Positions 12,997 through 24,611 of a stretch of DNA of 59,882 bases are shown here, piece after piece (the first letter of the stretch is position 1; every line of letters starts with the position of its first letter). The stretch covers positions 32,364,001-32,423,882 of the forward strand of contig NC_134482.1 of NCBI RefSeq assembly GCF_964194025.1, written 5' to 3'. The translations under genes were made by a program, and so were the position numbers. The stretch comes from Convolutriloba macropyga (Eukaryota). The notes under the pieces were generated by a model. That model was not told the DNA's origin. It worked only from the letters and a program-made list of their open reading frames with translations, and did no database searches.

Positions 12997-13295
12997 TTTA
13001 GAAAAAAAACTTTGGCCGGAAATTTCTTTTATAGCAATTGCTTTTCTCTCATATTTTTTTTATAAAGAAATCGATTTATTCATACCAAAATGTCCACGAA
13101 TTTATGCATTTAATTCTCCATGCTGACACGACTTAGATAAAACCCAACACAATTTCATTGTCGCGTACATCTGTCTGTCAAAAATTATGAAAATAACCCA
13201 CTAACGTCGGGCGAATTGCTCTCAAACGACCGGCGAGCGGTTGGCTTCGTCAGTAGCTAGGTACAGTTTAGTGAGGCTAGCTTTAGCTTAATTGA

Positions 13296-13560
13296 AGGGG
13301 CGTAAGTGAGCGCAGTGGTGGGGGGGGGGTGCACCGGAGGGCTGATGGGGTGGCAAGTGGGGGGGGGGGGGGGGGTCAACCTCTAAGAACCGCCCTTCGC
13401 GCCATAAGTATAAGACTCCAAAACAGATTCTGTGAATCGCATACTTAAATTCTACTGAGCTGAAAGGCTCTAAGAGCACTTAATGCAAACTGGGGGCCCC
13501 CTCTTTATCCCGATTCTAAGGACGAACGTAAAATGGAGGAAAAATCCGCCAAACGAAACA
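13296..13560. repeat. G-rich short interspersed element, copy 1 (MITE-like relic)
   Basis: Poly-G tracts, then CAACCTCTAAGAACCGC...GAGCTGAAAGGCTCTAA...CACTTAATGC, shared with 15270-15530. Confidence 0.7.
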
Positions 13561-13741
13561 TTGCATAAAAGCGACAATAAGGATATATTTGCTTAAAATT
13601 GCATTTGAGAGCAATTGACGATCATTTCTCAAAAGTGTATGTTAGGTCATTTATGATAAAAAACATTTTTACTATAACTCATTGTTATTGAGGTTCAGAG
13701 ATGATGTACGCCACATAACAGCAGCTGAAGTGCGGAATCAA

Positions 13742-13838
13742 CGAGAGAGAGTGAGAGAGAGACAAAAAGGAGAATGAGACGGAAAAAGAAGAAACCCAAT
13801 TCGACAGAGAGAGAGAGAGAGACAGAGAGACAGAGACA
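13742..13838. repeat. Interrupted (GA)n microsatellite
   Basis: GAGAGAGA/GACAGAGA runs. Confidence 0.85.
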
Positions 13839-14049
13839 GTAAAACTTTCCAAGATGGGATTCGACTCTGCAACTTCTAGTTTTTGAGCCTTGTTAGTAAA
13901 GGAATCATATAGAAGAAAAAAGTTAAAGGCAAAACTTAAAAAAATTCAACTTTGCAGCAAAAAAGGTTCAAAACTATTATTTGTTTCGAAAGTTCTGTCA
14001 AGTAACCCATCTCTGAGACCTAAAAAGTTTCGTTTGCCAATAATGGTCG

Positions 14050-15230
14050 TTGAACTCAGAAAAGTATTAAAAAAACTGAAAAAATTTGGAAACAATTGCA
14101 ATTTTCAACAAAATCTTGATGAAATTCAAGATATTATTATCTCAAGAACCGCTTTATTGCATCAGGAGACTATCCAGTATCCTTGTTTCAAGCCTGAATT
14201 ATTTTCACTGGCTCAAAAAGGTCCATAAACTTCAAACATAAAAAATTTCCGAAAATTTGGAAACTTTATCCAAAAATTACTAATACTGGAATAAAAAATG
14301 ATCATCATTCCATTAACTCTAAAAAGTATACAGCAGCTTATTAGCACACCTTGGAGGTGGTCGCAGGGGACCTGGTAACGGAAAAATTCAAAAACATGAA
14401 AAAATTGCAAATATTTAAAAATTGCTTAATTTCGTGAAAATAAAATCTTGAAAAACTATCACATACTTCTATGACTTATGCGGCGACATAATTTAAAACC
14501 TGGAGGGAGCTCCGTCGCTCTTGAGGCTAGAGAAACCAATGAAATAGAAAAATTTTTAAAAAACTTGAAAATTGCAAGTTTCATTTTAAAAAAATGCTAA
14601 CAACTTGTGATATTAAAAAGTTGAAAAATAGCCCATGAACAATAAAATTTTTCTAGTAGCTGATTATCAAAACCTAACGGAAGTTTTCTGCCCTTGAGGC
14701 TCAAAAAACCTGAATGATGACTAAAAATATCAAAAAATTGAAGAAAAGGCAAAATTTGTCATAAAATGCTAAATTTCGTGATGTTAAAATCTTGCAAGAC
14801 ATTCCATCACTTCTAGAAATTATACAGTAAACTATTTTCAAATCCTAGAGGAGTTTATTTGGCTCTTGAGGTTGAAGAAACCTAACGAAAACGACAAAAA
14901 TTTTCAATAAATGTTGAAAAAAAGCAAGCTTTATAAGAAAAAAATGCCAAAATTTGTGCCAATAAAAAGTTGAAAAACTATTCCATGGCCAATAAAAATT
15001 TGTCAGTAACTTATTATCAAACCCATTAGAATTTTTTCTGGTCCCTGGGTCTGGTATAACCTGAATAAAGAAAAACAAATGTCAAAAAATTTGAAAATTG
15101 CATGATTTGTCAAAAAATGCTAAAATTCGTGATGTTAAAATGTTGAAACCAATCCATTACCACTGGAAACTATGCAGTAAATTAATATCAAAACCTAGAG
15201 GAGGTTCCTTGAAACCTAGGGATGACAAAA
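14050..15230. repeat. Degenerate ~175-bp satellite with alternating A/B monomers
   Basis: TGC(T/C)(T)AA anchors at 14423, 14595, 14767, 14945 and 15118 (spacing 172, 172, 178, 173); more decayed units to the left. Confidence 0.8.
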
Positions 15231-15269
15231 ATAAAAAGCTCAAAAATTGATAGTCATTAGCTAGAAACG

Positions 15270-15530
15270 GGGGGATGCACCGAGGGCTTGATGGGGGGGG
15301 GTAGGGTAACAGTTGGGTGGGGGTAACAGCGCGTGGGGGGGTGGTGGCAGTGGAGTGGTCTTCAACCTCTAAAGAACCGCTCTTCACACCATAAATAAGT
15401 ATAAGTCTCCGAAACAGTTTGAGCTGAAAGGCTCTAATAGCACTTAATGCCCGCTAAGCTCTACCTGCTTATCCCGTTTTTGATGACGAAAAGTCAAAAG
15501 CGTTCGACAGAAAATCAGTCAAGCAAAAAT
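15270..15530. repeat. G-rich short interspersed element, copy 2
   Basis: Diverged direct copy of 13296-13560. Confidence 0.7.
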
Positions 15531-18194
15531 CTTATTAAAAAAGACCGACAGGACTAAAAAAATTGCTACAAATTTTGTTTGAGAGCAAATAAAATTTTTA
15601 TTTTTGTGGATTAAAATTATTTTAAATGATTTCTGAAAAATAAATAGGTTTATGCTTATCAAAAAAAAATTTTCATAAAAAATGAAGCTGAGAATATCAC
15701 TCAGATATTAATTTTTCTTAAGAGCATTAAGAGATACAAAAATCGGTTAACGAGTGTTTAAAAAACGAAGTTTTTACCACCCAGACTTTAAAAAATTTAT
15801 GAAACATAAGAAAGAGCACAATACAATATCAGAATTAAATACAAGTACAACAGCGAAAAAAAATGGACATTTAAAATAAAAATGACGCTCCAAAAATCCG
15901 TAAAAAGCACCAATTCAATTGCTTCATTTAGCCATAGATTTGAGTAAAAAATTAGGACTGATCAAATTTGAACTCAAAACAACCGTGAAGCACCCACTGA
16001 TTGGTTACCAATTGTTTATGTGACAAACATATTAAGACAAAAATTTAATTATGGATGCTTACTAATCTAAATGCAGTTGCTATCTCTCAGGATGGAATGT
16101 TTTCGAAACCGACATTTTCCCTTGAACTATTTAGCTCCTTAACGGAGACTACCAAGATGGTTTCATCCACGCTTGGTTAAATTAGTTTACATTATTTTTA
16201 GGGATCAATCTTTCTGAGTACTCTGTTTTTTTATGCGCAAAGTATATGATTACAGAAAAACTTATAGAATTCAATACAAACAGCTCTAAAGATTTTGATC
16301 TTTTATTAATATCTATAAATTGAAAGCACTACTAACACGATTTTCCAAGTGAAAGAATTAAATATGTGAAAAACGCTCTCCGCAAAAAATTAGTGAATGA
16401 CAGTGAAAAATTGTCCAAAATGATTTGTAAATCATGACTGAAAATATTCACACGATTCCGTCATTTCATTGTGATAAGGGATTACAGTAAATTCCACTAG
16501 CGTATAAGAATTCTAAAACATTCCACTTTTCCAAAAACAACTTGGCAACTTGGTTTGATGGTTCAGTCTGCTGAAAGTTTGGCACCTAACTTTGAGAACG
16601 TGTCTTTGTAATCAGACACGAGTATGTTATTACTACTGCATGAAATCAATTACACTTTATTCAAAAAATTATCTGAAAAGCCAATTGTGCATGAGTTCTT
16701 AAGCTCTCAAATATTTTGAGACACCAGAAAAAAAATAAACTTTTCATAGGAGCTCAACAAAATTTCAGTTTTTAGCGTTCATAGGTCAAGATAAAAACAA
16801 ATGAATCAGCAGGATTTCTCACGAAAGTTTTATAAAATTTCTAATAACGAATTCTGTAGTTCTCATCTTAGCTTTGAAATTCTTCTGAAAGGATACTTTT
16901 GTCTATACGATATAGTTATCCGTCTTCACAAAAAACCAGGACTGACTTCGAACCATTTGCTTGTTTTTAACAGATTTCACAAATGATGAAATTTGGTTTC
17001 AATCGATTGAAACTAAATCAGAGCAGGTGAGTTATAAACTGAAAGAAAAGACCCATAACTGAGCAACCTGTGACTAATTATCCGACGGCAATTCAAATGA
17101 TTCTCTTGTGCAGAATATGGGTCCGAAAATACAGAATTTGCAATTTACTAGACTTGCCAAAATTAACTGCATAGTAAAAATGGCGTTATTGCGAGAAACA
17201 AAGTACTTACAACTAAAGCAAAACTTGATGCGTCCAAAAACAATGCTAATTTTTGTGTAGCTCACAACATAGTGTTTAATTGCGTTTAAAACCTCTGCTT
17301 TATAGCATCTAATTAAAAATTGCAAGAACATGAAAACGTTGTGTTAAATAATTGAATTTATGCAGGATGTGTTAATTTTTTTTTCAAAATTCACATTAAA
17401 AACGTCCATGAAGATGTTGACAGTTTTTTTCTCCGAATTTCTGCTTCATAATCTTGCACTGATTTGATATGAGGAAAATAAGGAATATTTTGTTTTAATC
17501 TGTCCATTATTACTTGCTGAGTCAAAAAAAGTATGCGGGTATAAAGTACTTTGACCCACAACCGGGAATCGCTCTAACGGTAGCCAAAACTTGTACAGAA
17601 TACTTGCTGGAAATGCCGTTGAACGCGGACGTCGAAAAAGAAAGGAAATCTCAAGCGACGCTTCGGATTTTTTGCTACAAATGAATATTTTTACCGCTTG
17701 TGAAAATTTGATTGTCTTCGGTAAACTTTAATGTCTTTAGGGACAATTCTCTCGTGACAATGTTGGTGGTTAAATTATCCAACAAACTGGTTTTGGACTT
17801 TTACTGCCTCTATTTGACTGACCGGAATCAATCGCATGTGGTTTTTTAGTTCGACAACTCTCAATTAAATGAGACCAAAATGACTGTCATTCTTCTCTTA
17901 TTGGCCGAGGGTTGAATTCTTACGACCCATATCTTTTCTGGGTGGGTTGCTGGCGATGCAAGATACTTTATTAAATTGATATGGTGCTCAAACTAAGAGT
18001 ATTGTAGCTGCTCCACGGATAAAAAGAATGGCTCTTAAAAGCGATAACAAAACTTATCACAAAAAAGCAGTCTTCGACCAGAGCAGCCCGCAAACTGGAG
18101 AGTTCTCCTCAGTACTGGAGAAGACAAGGACTCCAAGACAAGTCTAGTGGCGGTCATTACTTTTGTTCTCATCAAAAGTGGAAAAGGAACATAA

Positions 18195-19610
18195 TCTAGA
18201 TTTCACTTGCACAGGCCCTTTATCAGAGGGCTCAAAGGCTACTTGAAAGTTCTATTATGAAACACTTTAGCCGATATGTATAGTAGTATTAGTAGCAGTA
18301 GATAGGCTTTAGGACGAGACCAGGGGTGAAATAAACCCTTCAGTTTTCAGCTGGCACAAATTTCTTGGCAGCTTTACAGGAGCCACAGAGACAGAGAACT
18401 CGCCAAGAGCAGGGTTCCATCACATTGTAGCTCCTATCGAAGAATTTGTGATATATCTTTGTCAGTCTTGATTTCGTTGAATAATTTTCAGGTATGTGCT
18501 TGTTTAGGATGTTCATAAGTCGCGCAGTCCATGTCCAAAAAATTGTATCGGTCTTCTTCAGCCTGTTAAAAGGAACTTCGAAGTTTTCGTTTTGCCGCGT
18601 TTCTAATGATCTGGGTTTAGGTTTGTCGTTCGAGTCTAGAGCATATTTGCCTTGACATATTGCGTTGAAAAATAGAATATCGTGTAGTTCGAGATACAAC
18701 GATACAGGCAGCATGTTGAGTTTTAGTAGTCGCTGTTTGTAGTCAGCATCTTTTCCGCATATCCAAGCAGTGGCTTTGCGTTGCACTCCTTCAAGCGACT
18801 TCAGGTCAGTTTTTGATGCGTACTAGACCTGGGAAGCGTAGGTCAGAACAGGTACTATGTAATTAACGTACGCATTCAGTTTTGTGGCGGGATTGGCTTT
18901 GTGTGAGCAGCCTCTTTTCGAGAACCAGAAGGATCGCCAGGCCTTGGTTGCTCTTCGAGAACAATTATCACTCCAGGAGAGGCTTCTAGATATGATTACT
19001 CCAAGGTCCTTTTGTTGCGACACCACTTCGAGTGAATCGCCGGATTCGCATGAGGCGCTTCCTTTCACACAAAAAATTTTGCTTTTCTCGACTTTTAAGG
19101 GACATATGGTTCTCTTCACTCCAGGTTTGAATATTTTCTGTAACAATCCGATTTGCGTCGGTTTTGCTCTCCATGATGATTTTGAAGTCGTCAGCATAGC
19201 CATACGATGAATAATTGTAAACGGCTCTGGGAAGGTCGTTGACGAAGGCAAGGAAGAGGAGAGGCCCTAGGATGGACCCTTCGGGAACACCACCGGTCAC
19301 ATTTCTAAAACTTGACCTGGCATTGTTTACCTTGACACATTGGTTACGCTCTCAATGCAGCTGCTTAGAAGATTGAGCAGTTTTCCACCACTGCTGAAGT
19401 CTTTTAGCTTTTCGTGGGCAACTTTGTCGAAAGCTTTTTTGAAGTCCACGTAGACGGCATATATGTGTTCACTATTTGCTGCGTAGTAGAGTTCATTCAC
19501 TTCTTTTAGGTACATAAGGAGCTGCAGAACTGCCGAGCGTTTGTGGCGCAAACCCAATTGTCTTTTATGAAGCTGTATTTCAATGATTGGATACAAGTGC
19601 ATATAATGAA
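18195..19610 (-). mobile_element. 5'-truncated CR1-group non-LTR retrotransposon (RT and C-terminus), few disablements
   Basis: QLGLRHKRS; VYVDFKKAFDKVAH; GVPEGSILGPLLFLAFVNDL; YADDFK; KDLGVIISRSLSW; QRKATAWI; C-terminal CSWRVLCLCGSC; stop at 18340, then a short 3' UTR. Confidence 0.92.
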
Positions 19611-19805
19611 ATACTGAAATAACGCTCAATTCACATCAAGCCGAAAGCAAGAAGTTACCCTCGCAGATACAGCTGACTGCTTTTAACCTTATTTGGAGAT
19701 CAACTTAACAGTCCGTCAGTCATCTTTCGCACTATTTTGTTCACCGAAAAATATATTCAGTGAGAAAACTTCCCGTAAGAAAAAATCAAATTAAAGAGGA
19801 ACAAT

Positions 19806-19811
19806 TTTATT
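19806..19811 (-). promoter_or_regulatory. Candidate polyadenylation signal (AATAAA) for the 4E-T-like gene, implying a ~1.4-kb 3' UTR
   Basis: TTTATT on plus near the end of a non-repetitive stretch downstream of the stop codon. Other AATAAA sites exist, so this is tentative. Confidence 0.3.
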
Positions 19812-21183
19812 TTAGTTTCTACAACGTCTGATATCAAACCAAACATTAATTAGCTTTTCAACTCATATATCAACAGCAGCAGCAGTAATAGTAACTCAAA
19901 TTAATGAAGTTAATCAAGCATCCATTTAGTTTACCTTCATTGTTCCTTAGTAGAAGCAGCAGTAGGTTAAACAAGCATCAATAATCAGAAAGCAATCGAT
20001 CAGTCAATACAGAAGACACAGAATTATTGCACAGGACATAATGCAATCATTAGTCGTCCAACATCAGCAGATAGAAAAATAAGTCGGAAAGAAAACAAAG
20101 TTCATTTCACAGGGCACCACTATCACACACACCTCGGGCAAATCCTTCCTTACATCCGATCCTTACATGATTGTAAAAATGAAGTCATGCAAGCTAAACA
20201 TCGTAGCGGCCGCAAAGGCACCTAAGCTAACTCAAAACCCTTGACAATTAATGGCAGTCATTAAAATGCAAATTGAGGATTATTTTTACAAATTTAAACG
20301 ACAGCGCGGGTTTTGAGTCAGAAAAATGGTTATATCGACAATGATCCAAATAAGTTTCTCTTTATTGTCAAAATTGTCCGAGAGTAGAGTATGCATATTA
20401 TTTTTGTAAATATATTTCATCCTTATGTTTGGAAGTGAGCCAGCCTATATTTATTAGTAGATCATTGCTTTAGCCAATTTATAATGATTATGATAGAATG
20501 GCAGGTAGAATACACACTCAAGTGTAAACAAACAAAAATAAACAAGTAACACTAAAACTAAAGATTTGTTAACATAAATACATACAGCACCTTTTTCTTG
20601 TATTGCACTCACAGAGAAAGGCATACTTGATAGTTTATACGAACTGTTTTCTGTTCCCTAAAATATTCTTCGGCCATTTTCACAAGTTCAATTTTGACTT
20701 TAGTGACTTTGGTCAATTCGCATCTTAAATGGCGTGTGAGTAGTACATGATACCGTTAGATAGTAAATACAATGAGTGACGCTCCGACATTTTCGCAGAA
20801 AATAAACTTTAATTACGATTCGAAAGGATCAATTTCGAAAGGCAATACAAGCAAGAAGAAAACAGATTTCAGGAAACAGTTCTAAGATTTTGACGAGGTC
20901 TTGCACTGTTACAACAACAGTCTTATATGTTGCGCAGATAAACAATCAATGTTATCCTGTATTGAAAGTATACCAATTTTATCAAGTGTACCTGCGCATT
21001 TAATAGATTTAATGGGGCTTATTTGGGCATACAATTTGGGGCTTATTCTTTTATAGGTTTCTAACTAACTTAACCCGTAGTTTTTGAGATAGAGTTACAT
21101 TTCCGAGCTACATGAGAATAGCCCATATCGAATGCATCATTGTTACTTGCAATGATCATTTATAAAGATGTTCTGGAGTCATT

Positions 21184-23175
21184 TCAGTTTTGGACATGTT
21201 GCATTGCTCCCATCAACTGTCGCTGGAATATCATCTGCAGAGCCGGAGTTAAACCAGGTGGTGGTTGCTGGGGACGCATACTTTGAGGTCGCATGTTGAT
21301 GCCACCTGGCGGAATCGGATGTCGCATCCTCAAACCTGCATTCAACTGAGTCTGTAATGGGTTTAGAGAATGGGCATTTCTTGTCACGCTCATGAAAAGA
21401 TCGTTCAGCGGTACCGTCAGTCGCTGATGTTCTTGGAGCCGTAGCTGGTCCTGAAACAATCGAAGCTCCATTCGCTCGTTCATCCGAATAGCTTCTTGGA
21501 GCTCAGCAGCAGATTGCAAATGTGCGGCACTTTGCATTAGTCCAGCATTTCTTTTCGCATCTAGCAGTTTTTGCTGGGCTAATGTCAATGCCAGTCGCTC
21601 TTGTTGCAGCTTCTGAATATATAGCAAAGCCTCGGATTGCTGTCGCATAATTTGCTGAGAATTGTGCTGCAGATTTTGAGCCAGCAACGTCGCTGGATCG
21701 TTAAACAAAGCATTGGTTAATTGGCGCTCGCGGTTCTGTCGCAGCACGTGAGGCATGCTGCTCCAAGTTGCCGAGCTTTCTTCGTTAGACGACGACCCGA
21801 ATGTGTTGTTGACAGACCGTTGCGAAGCTAAGGAAGTCATCGAAAAACTCTCACCTCCAAGGGACAATTTTTCTAAACAGTTTTGGTTCCACACTGGAAC
21901 AGATGACTCCAAATGAGATGGAGCAGCATTTCGCATCGCAGCTCTCTCGAACGCCAAGATCTTGTCACTATTCCAAGTAATAGGTACTTTTCTACCGGAA
22001 TGAAAATTTGCAGATACAATTTGTTGCTGTGAAAACATTTGAGACACACGCGATTGATTTTGCAGGGTACTCTCATTTAAAACATCGCTGGACTGCACAA
22101 CAAGACCGTCACTTGAACTTTTGTTCACGTTGTCAACCAAACTCTTGAAAGCTTTTAAGTCATCGGAAGCATCTGTTTGAACTCCCGTTCCTAGATTAGC
22201 GTCCGGGTGACAGCCTGACTCAATATCTTCGAGAGTCATTAGTGGCAGAACGCGTGTGCTCGATGGCGTTTCCTGACTCTTGTCGCCACTTCTGCTATTC
22301 GCTGAAAAGAATTGATCAACGGCTGTTGACTGACTGCAGCCGGGCTCAATTGTGGACCCACTTGGTCTTTCACCAGAAACCTGCTCGTTATACTCTTTCT
22401 TGAGATCTTCAAGATTTCCGAAATCAAACTCCGCATCAGTTGTTTCCACAGAAACAGAGAGCCATTCAGGCTCACCTTCTGACCGATTATCAACACTTAC
22501 GTTTGATTCATCCGCTGAGTGGCTAGTAGAAACTGCGTTTTGATCAGTTACAAGTGTGCTTGGTGCTTGCTGTGGATAATCTTGGTTAGCAGACGCTGAG
22601 CACTCAGCCGATGCAAATGTTACGTTTCGCTTTTGTCGCGAGTCAACAGAAGAAATTGCAGCGTTTTCTGATTCGCTGGGGACAGAATCAGTGCGTGCCT
22701 GCCCAAGTTCATATGCAGATGAGGATTGCGGCAAAGAACAAAAACTTTGTTCTACTGGTTCTTGAACTGAACTTCTGTAACTTTCAGCTGCAACTTGTTC
22801 CCGCGACCTGTAATTGCCGTATTGAATGCCATAGCTTCGTCTACTTATTTCATAACACGATCGCGCATTTGACCCGAAAGTGTAGTTACGGCTTCCGCCC
22901 TTATTCCTTGAATTAGAGAGGTTCCGTCTGCCTTTACTGGAGTTGAAGAGACTGGAATGCCATAAATTTGGGTTCCATCGACCGTTTGCATCAAAAAATT
23001 CGTCATTCAGAATCTCCGGTTTCACGTTGCAGAAAGGCGACTCCCGCAGATCATGAAGCTCTTTCGCGGTGTAAACTATCCTCGAAGGTATACCTGCTGC
23101 TACTTTGCTGCTCTCCTCATCTTCAGACATCGGCAACTCTTCCAGATCTTCATTATCATCATCCTGAATGGCCAT
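21184..23175 (-). CDS. EIF4ENIF1: eIF4E transporter / 4E-T (EIF4ENIF1, Cup-like) translational repressor, 663 aa
   Basis: Long intact ORF with an in-frame TAG directly before the ATG. YTAKELHDLRESPF..KPEIL...DANGRWNPNLWHSSL parallels human 4E-T YTKEELLDIKELP..RPSCL...DSDGVWDPEKWHASL. It also has a CHD-like EPEWLS...EFDFG, a MTLEDIES motif, an S-rich disordered middle and a Q/P/M-rich C-terminus. Confidence 0.85.
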   Translation of the reverse strand: MAIQDDDNEDLEELPMSEDEESSKVAAGIPSRIVYTAKELHDLRESPFCNVKPEILNDEFFDANGRWNPNLWHSSLFNSSKGRRNLSNSRNKGGSRNYTFGSNARSCYEISRRSYGIQYGNYRSREQVAAESYRSSVQEPVEQSFCSLPQSSSAYELGQARTDSVPSESENAAISSVDSRQKRNVTFASAECSASANQDYPQQAPSTLVTDQNAVSTSHSADESNVSVDNRSEGEPEWLSVSVETTDAEFDFGNLEDLKKEYNEQVSGERPSGSTIEPGCSQSTAVDQFFSANSRSGDKSQETPSSTRVLPLMTLEDIESGCHPDANLGTGVQTDASDDLKAFKSLVDNVNKSSSDGLVVQSSDVLNESTLQNQSRVSQMFSQQQIVSANFHSGRKVPITWNSDKILAFERAAMRNAAPSHLESSVPVWNQNCLEKLSLGGESFSMTSLASQRSVNNTFGSSSNEESSATWSSMPHVLRQNRERQLTNALFNDPATLLAQNLQHNSQQIMRQQSEALLYIQKLQQERLALTLAQQKLLDAKRNAGLMQSAAHLQSAAELQEAIRMNERMELRLFQDQLRLQEHQRLTVPLNDLFMSVTRNAHSLNPLQTQLNAGLRMRHPIPPGGINMRPQSMRPQQPPPGLTPALQMIFQRQLMGAMQHVQN

Positions 23176-23186
23176 CTACAGTCAAC

Positions 23187-23815
23187 CTGAAAAAGCGATA
23201 ACCCAATTGAGAAACTCAGGTGTTTGCCATAATTCACATTATAGCCCCTCCACCAGCTTTGAAGACCAGACAACCTATCTGGTCTATACCCCCTACCCAG
23301 ACACCAATTAGATGTTAATGGGAGAAACTTTCTTTAAATTAGACCCATAAACGAAGATAACTAGCAAAAACGAGAGCACTGGACAATGATGCTATAACTT
23401 GAAAAATGAAACATATATTACAGAAAGCTCAGAAAAACTTTGGGATCTTTTCCGTTTGTGCCCTTCCCTGGTACATTATGCACCCCCCCCCCCGGTACAG
23501 AGCACGTGCCATTTAGTAAATCACGATGTAAAAAATATGGCACGTGCATCTCTGGGGTGCAAACGGAAAAGATTCAAGATTTTATTGAATACCAACGAGT
23601 AAGAGTCAATAATACGTTCTCCAGCTGGTGCAAAGTTAAAAGAGGTGTGCCCCAGGTTACTGTACCGGGTCCACTACTTTTTAATTAATTTGTATACTAA
23701 CAACGTCAAACATTCTCTGAATCTTGATAAAATATGCTCAGTTGAATTATAGCTTAATGTTGATTAGGAATTATAACACAATGGGGGGCTATAATGGGAA
23801 ATACCCAAAAGTTAC
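23187..23815 (-). other. Predicted 5'-UTR intron of the 4E-T-like gene
   Basis: Acceptor CTTTTTCAG|GTTGACTGTAG-ATG at 23187/23186; candidate donor GAGAG|GTAAC at 23816/23815. A further candidate intron lies at 23896-23997 (CAG|GTACAT...TACTCAG|). Confidence 0.45.
23231..23802. mobile_element. MITE-like relic(s) inside the predicted intron, enclosing a small hairpin element and a LINE RT fragment
   Basis: AATTCACATTATAGCCCCTCCA (23231) is near the reverse complement of ATGGGGGGCTATAATGGGAAAT (23781). Inner inverted pair TGCACCCC..GCACGTGCCAT / ATGGCACGTGC..GGGGTGCA (23479-23561). Plus-strand QRVRVNNTFSSWCKVKRGVPQVTVPGPLLF (about 23590-23688). Confidence 0.55.
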
Positions 23816-24470
23816 CTCTCATTCAGATCTTCGCAACCAGACTCAAAAGGACCGACGATAACTTCTGGACACGAAACGGAAGACTGCACAACATTCTGAG
23901 TAAACATATCGACTCAACAACGAAATAAAACAGAAAAGCACGAATAACAGCAAATTTGGAAATTCTTCGAAAAGTTCAACGAAGCCAATCTATGTACCTG
24001 GAGGATACTCTGCCAATGCACGAACTGTAACCAACATTCCAAACTTACTCACTAATGACATAAAGGGTGAAAACCCATGGTATATCCCTAAAGAGTTCGC
24101 TACTACTTCTATTCTCATATGTCACTCCGACATAAGTGACTTGCTATACAACGTTGAAAATTACCGTCAGTATCTTGCCTGGACTGTTTTTAGTGTTTGA
24201 GAAGCAACTATATTTATTATTTTCCATAGTAAAAATGTTGTTGTAGAAGACACTTTATTGTGTAGCGCTGTAATTGTTGAAGTACGTATAAATCACAATA
24301 AAATTACGTTAAAGTTGTTGCAAAATTCCACAGTGAGGTTTTAAAAGATTAAACTAGTCAAAACTCACGCCACAAAAACATGCAAAACTAATCACGCTTG
24401 ATCTATGTAGTGCTTTAATAACAATTTTTTGAACACACTTGCTAGTTTTAAAATCTCTAGAGTTGATTTG

Positions 24471-24611
24471 CAGGAACTCGAATGAGCAGAATCCTTGCAC
24501 ATGGACAGTCATTTGTATCTGTGAAAAGTGTCGTGCATATCCTAGAACCTAACAGCGGGAATAACATCACAGTGGCATATCCACGAAGTCATAATAATAA
24601 TAATAATAATA
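24471..24611 (+). mobile_element. 3'-terminal stub of a third LINE family with (AAT)n tail, inserted in A copy 1
   Basis: Encodes QNPCTWTVICICEKCRAYPRT*, then a short UTR and an (AAT) tail; flanked by ATTTG duplication; absent at the equivalent site of A copy 2 (about 29970). Confidence 0.8.

Noticed and set aside
17550-18150. Slightly GC-richer, coding-like stretch
   Set aside because: Short open frames only, with no recognisable domain or convincing splice structure.
21873-23201. Short ORFs overlapping the 663-aa CDS on either strand
   Set aside because: Shadow frames of the real CDS with no independent motif.
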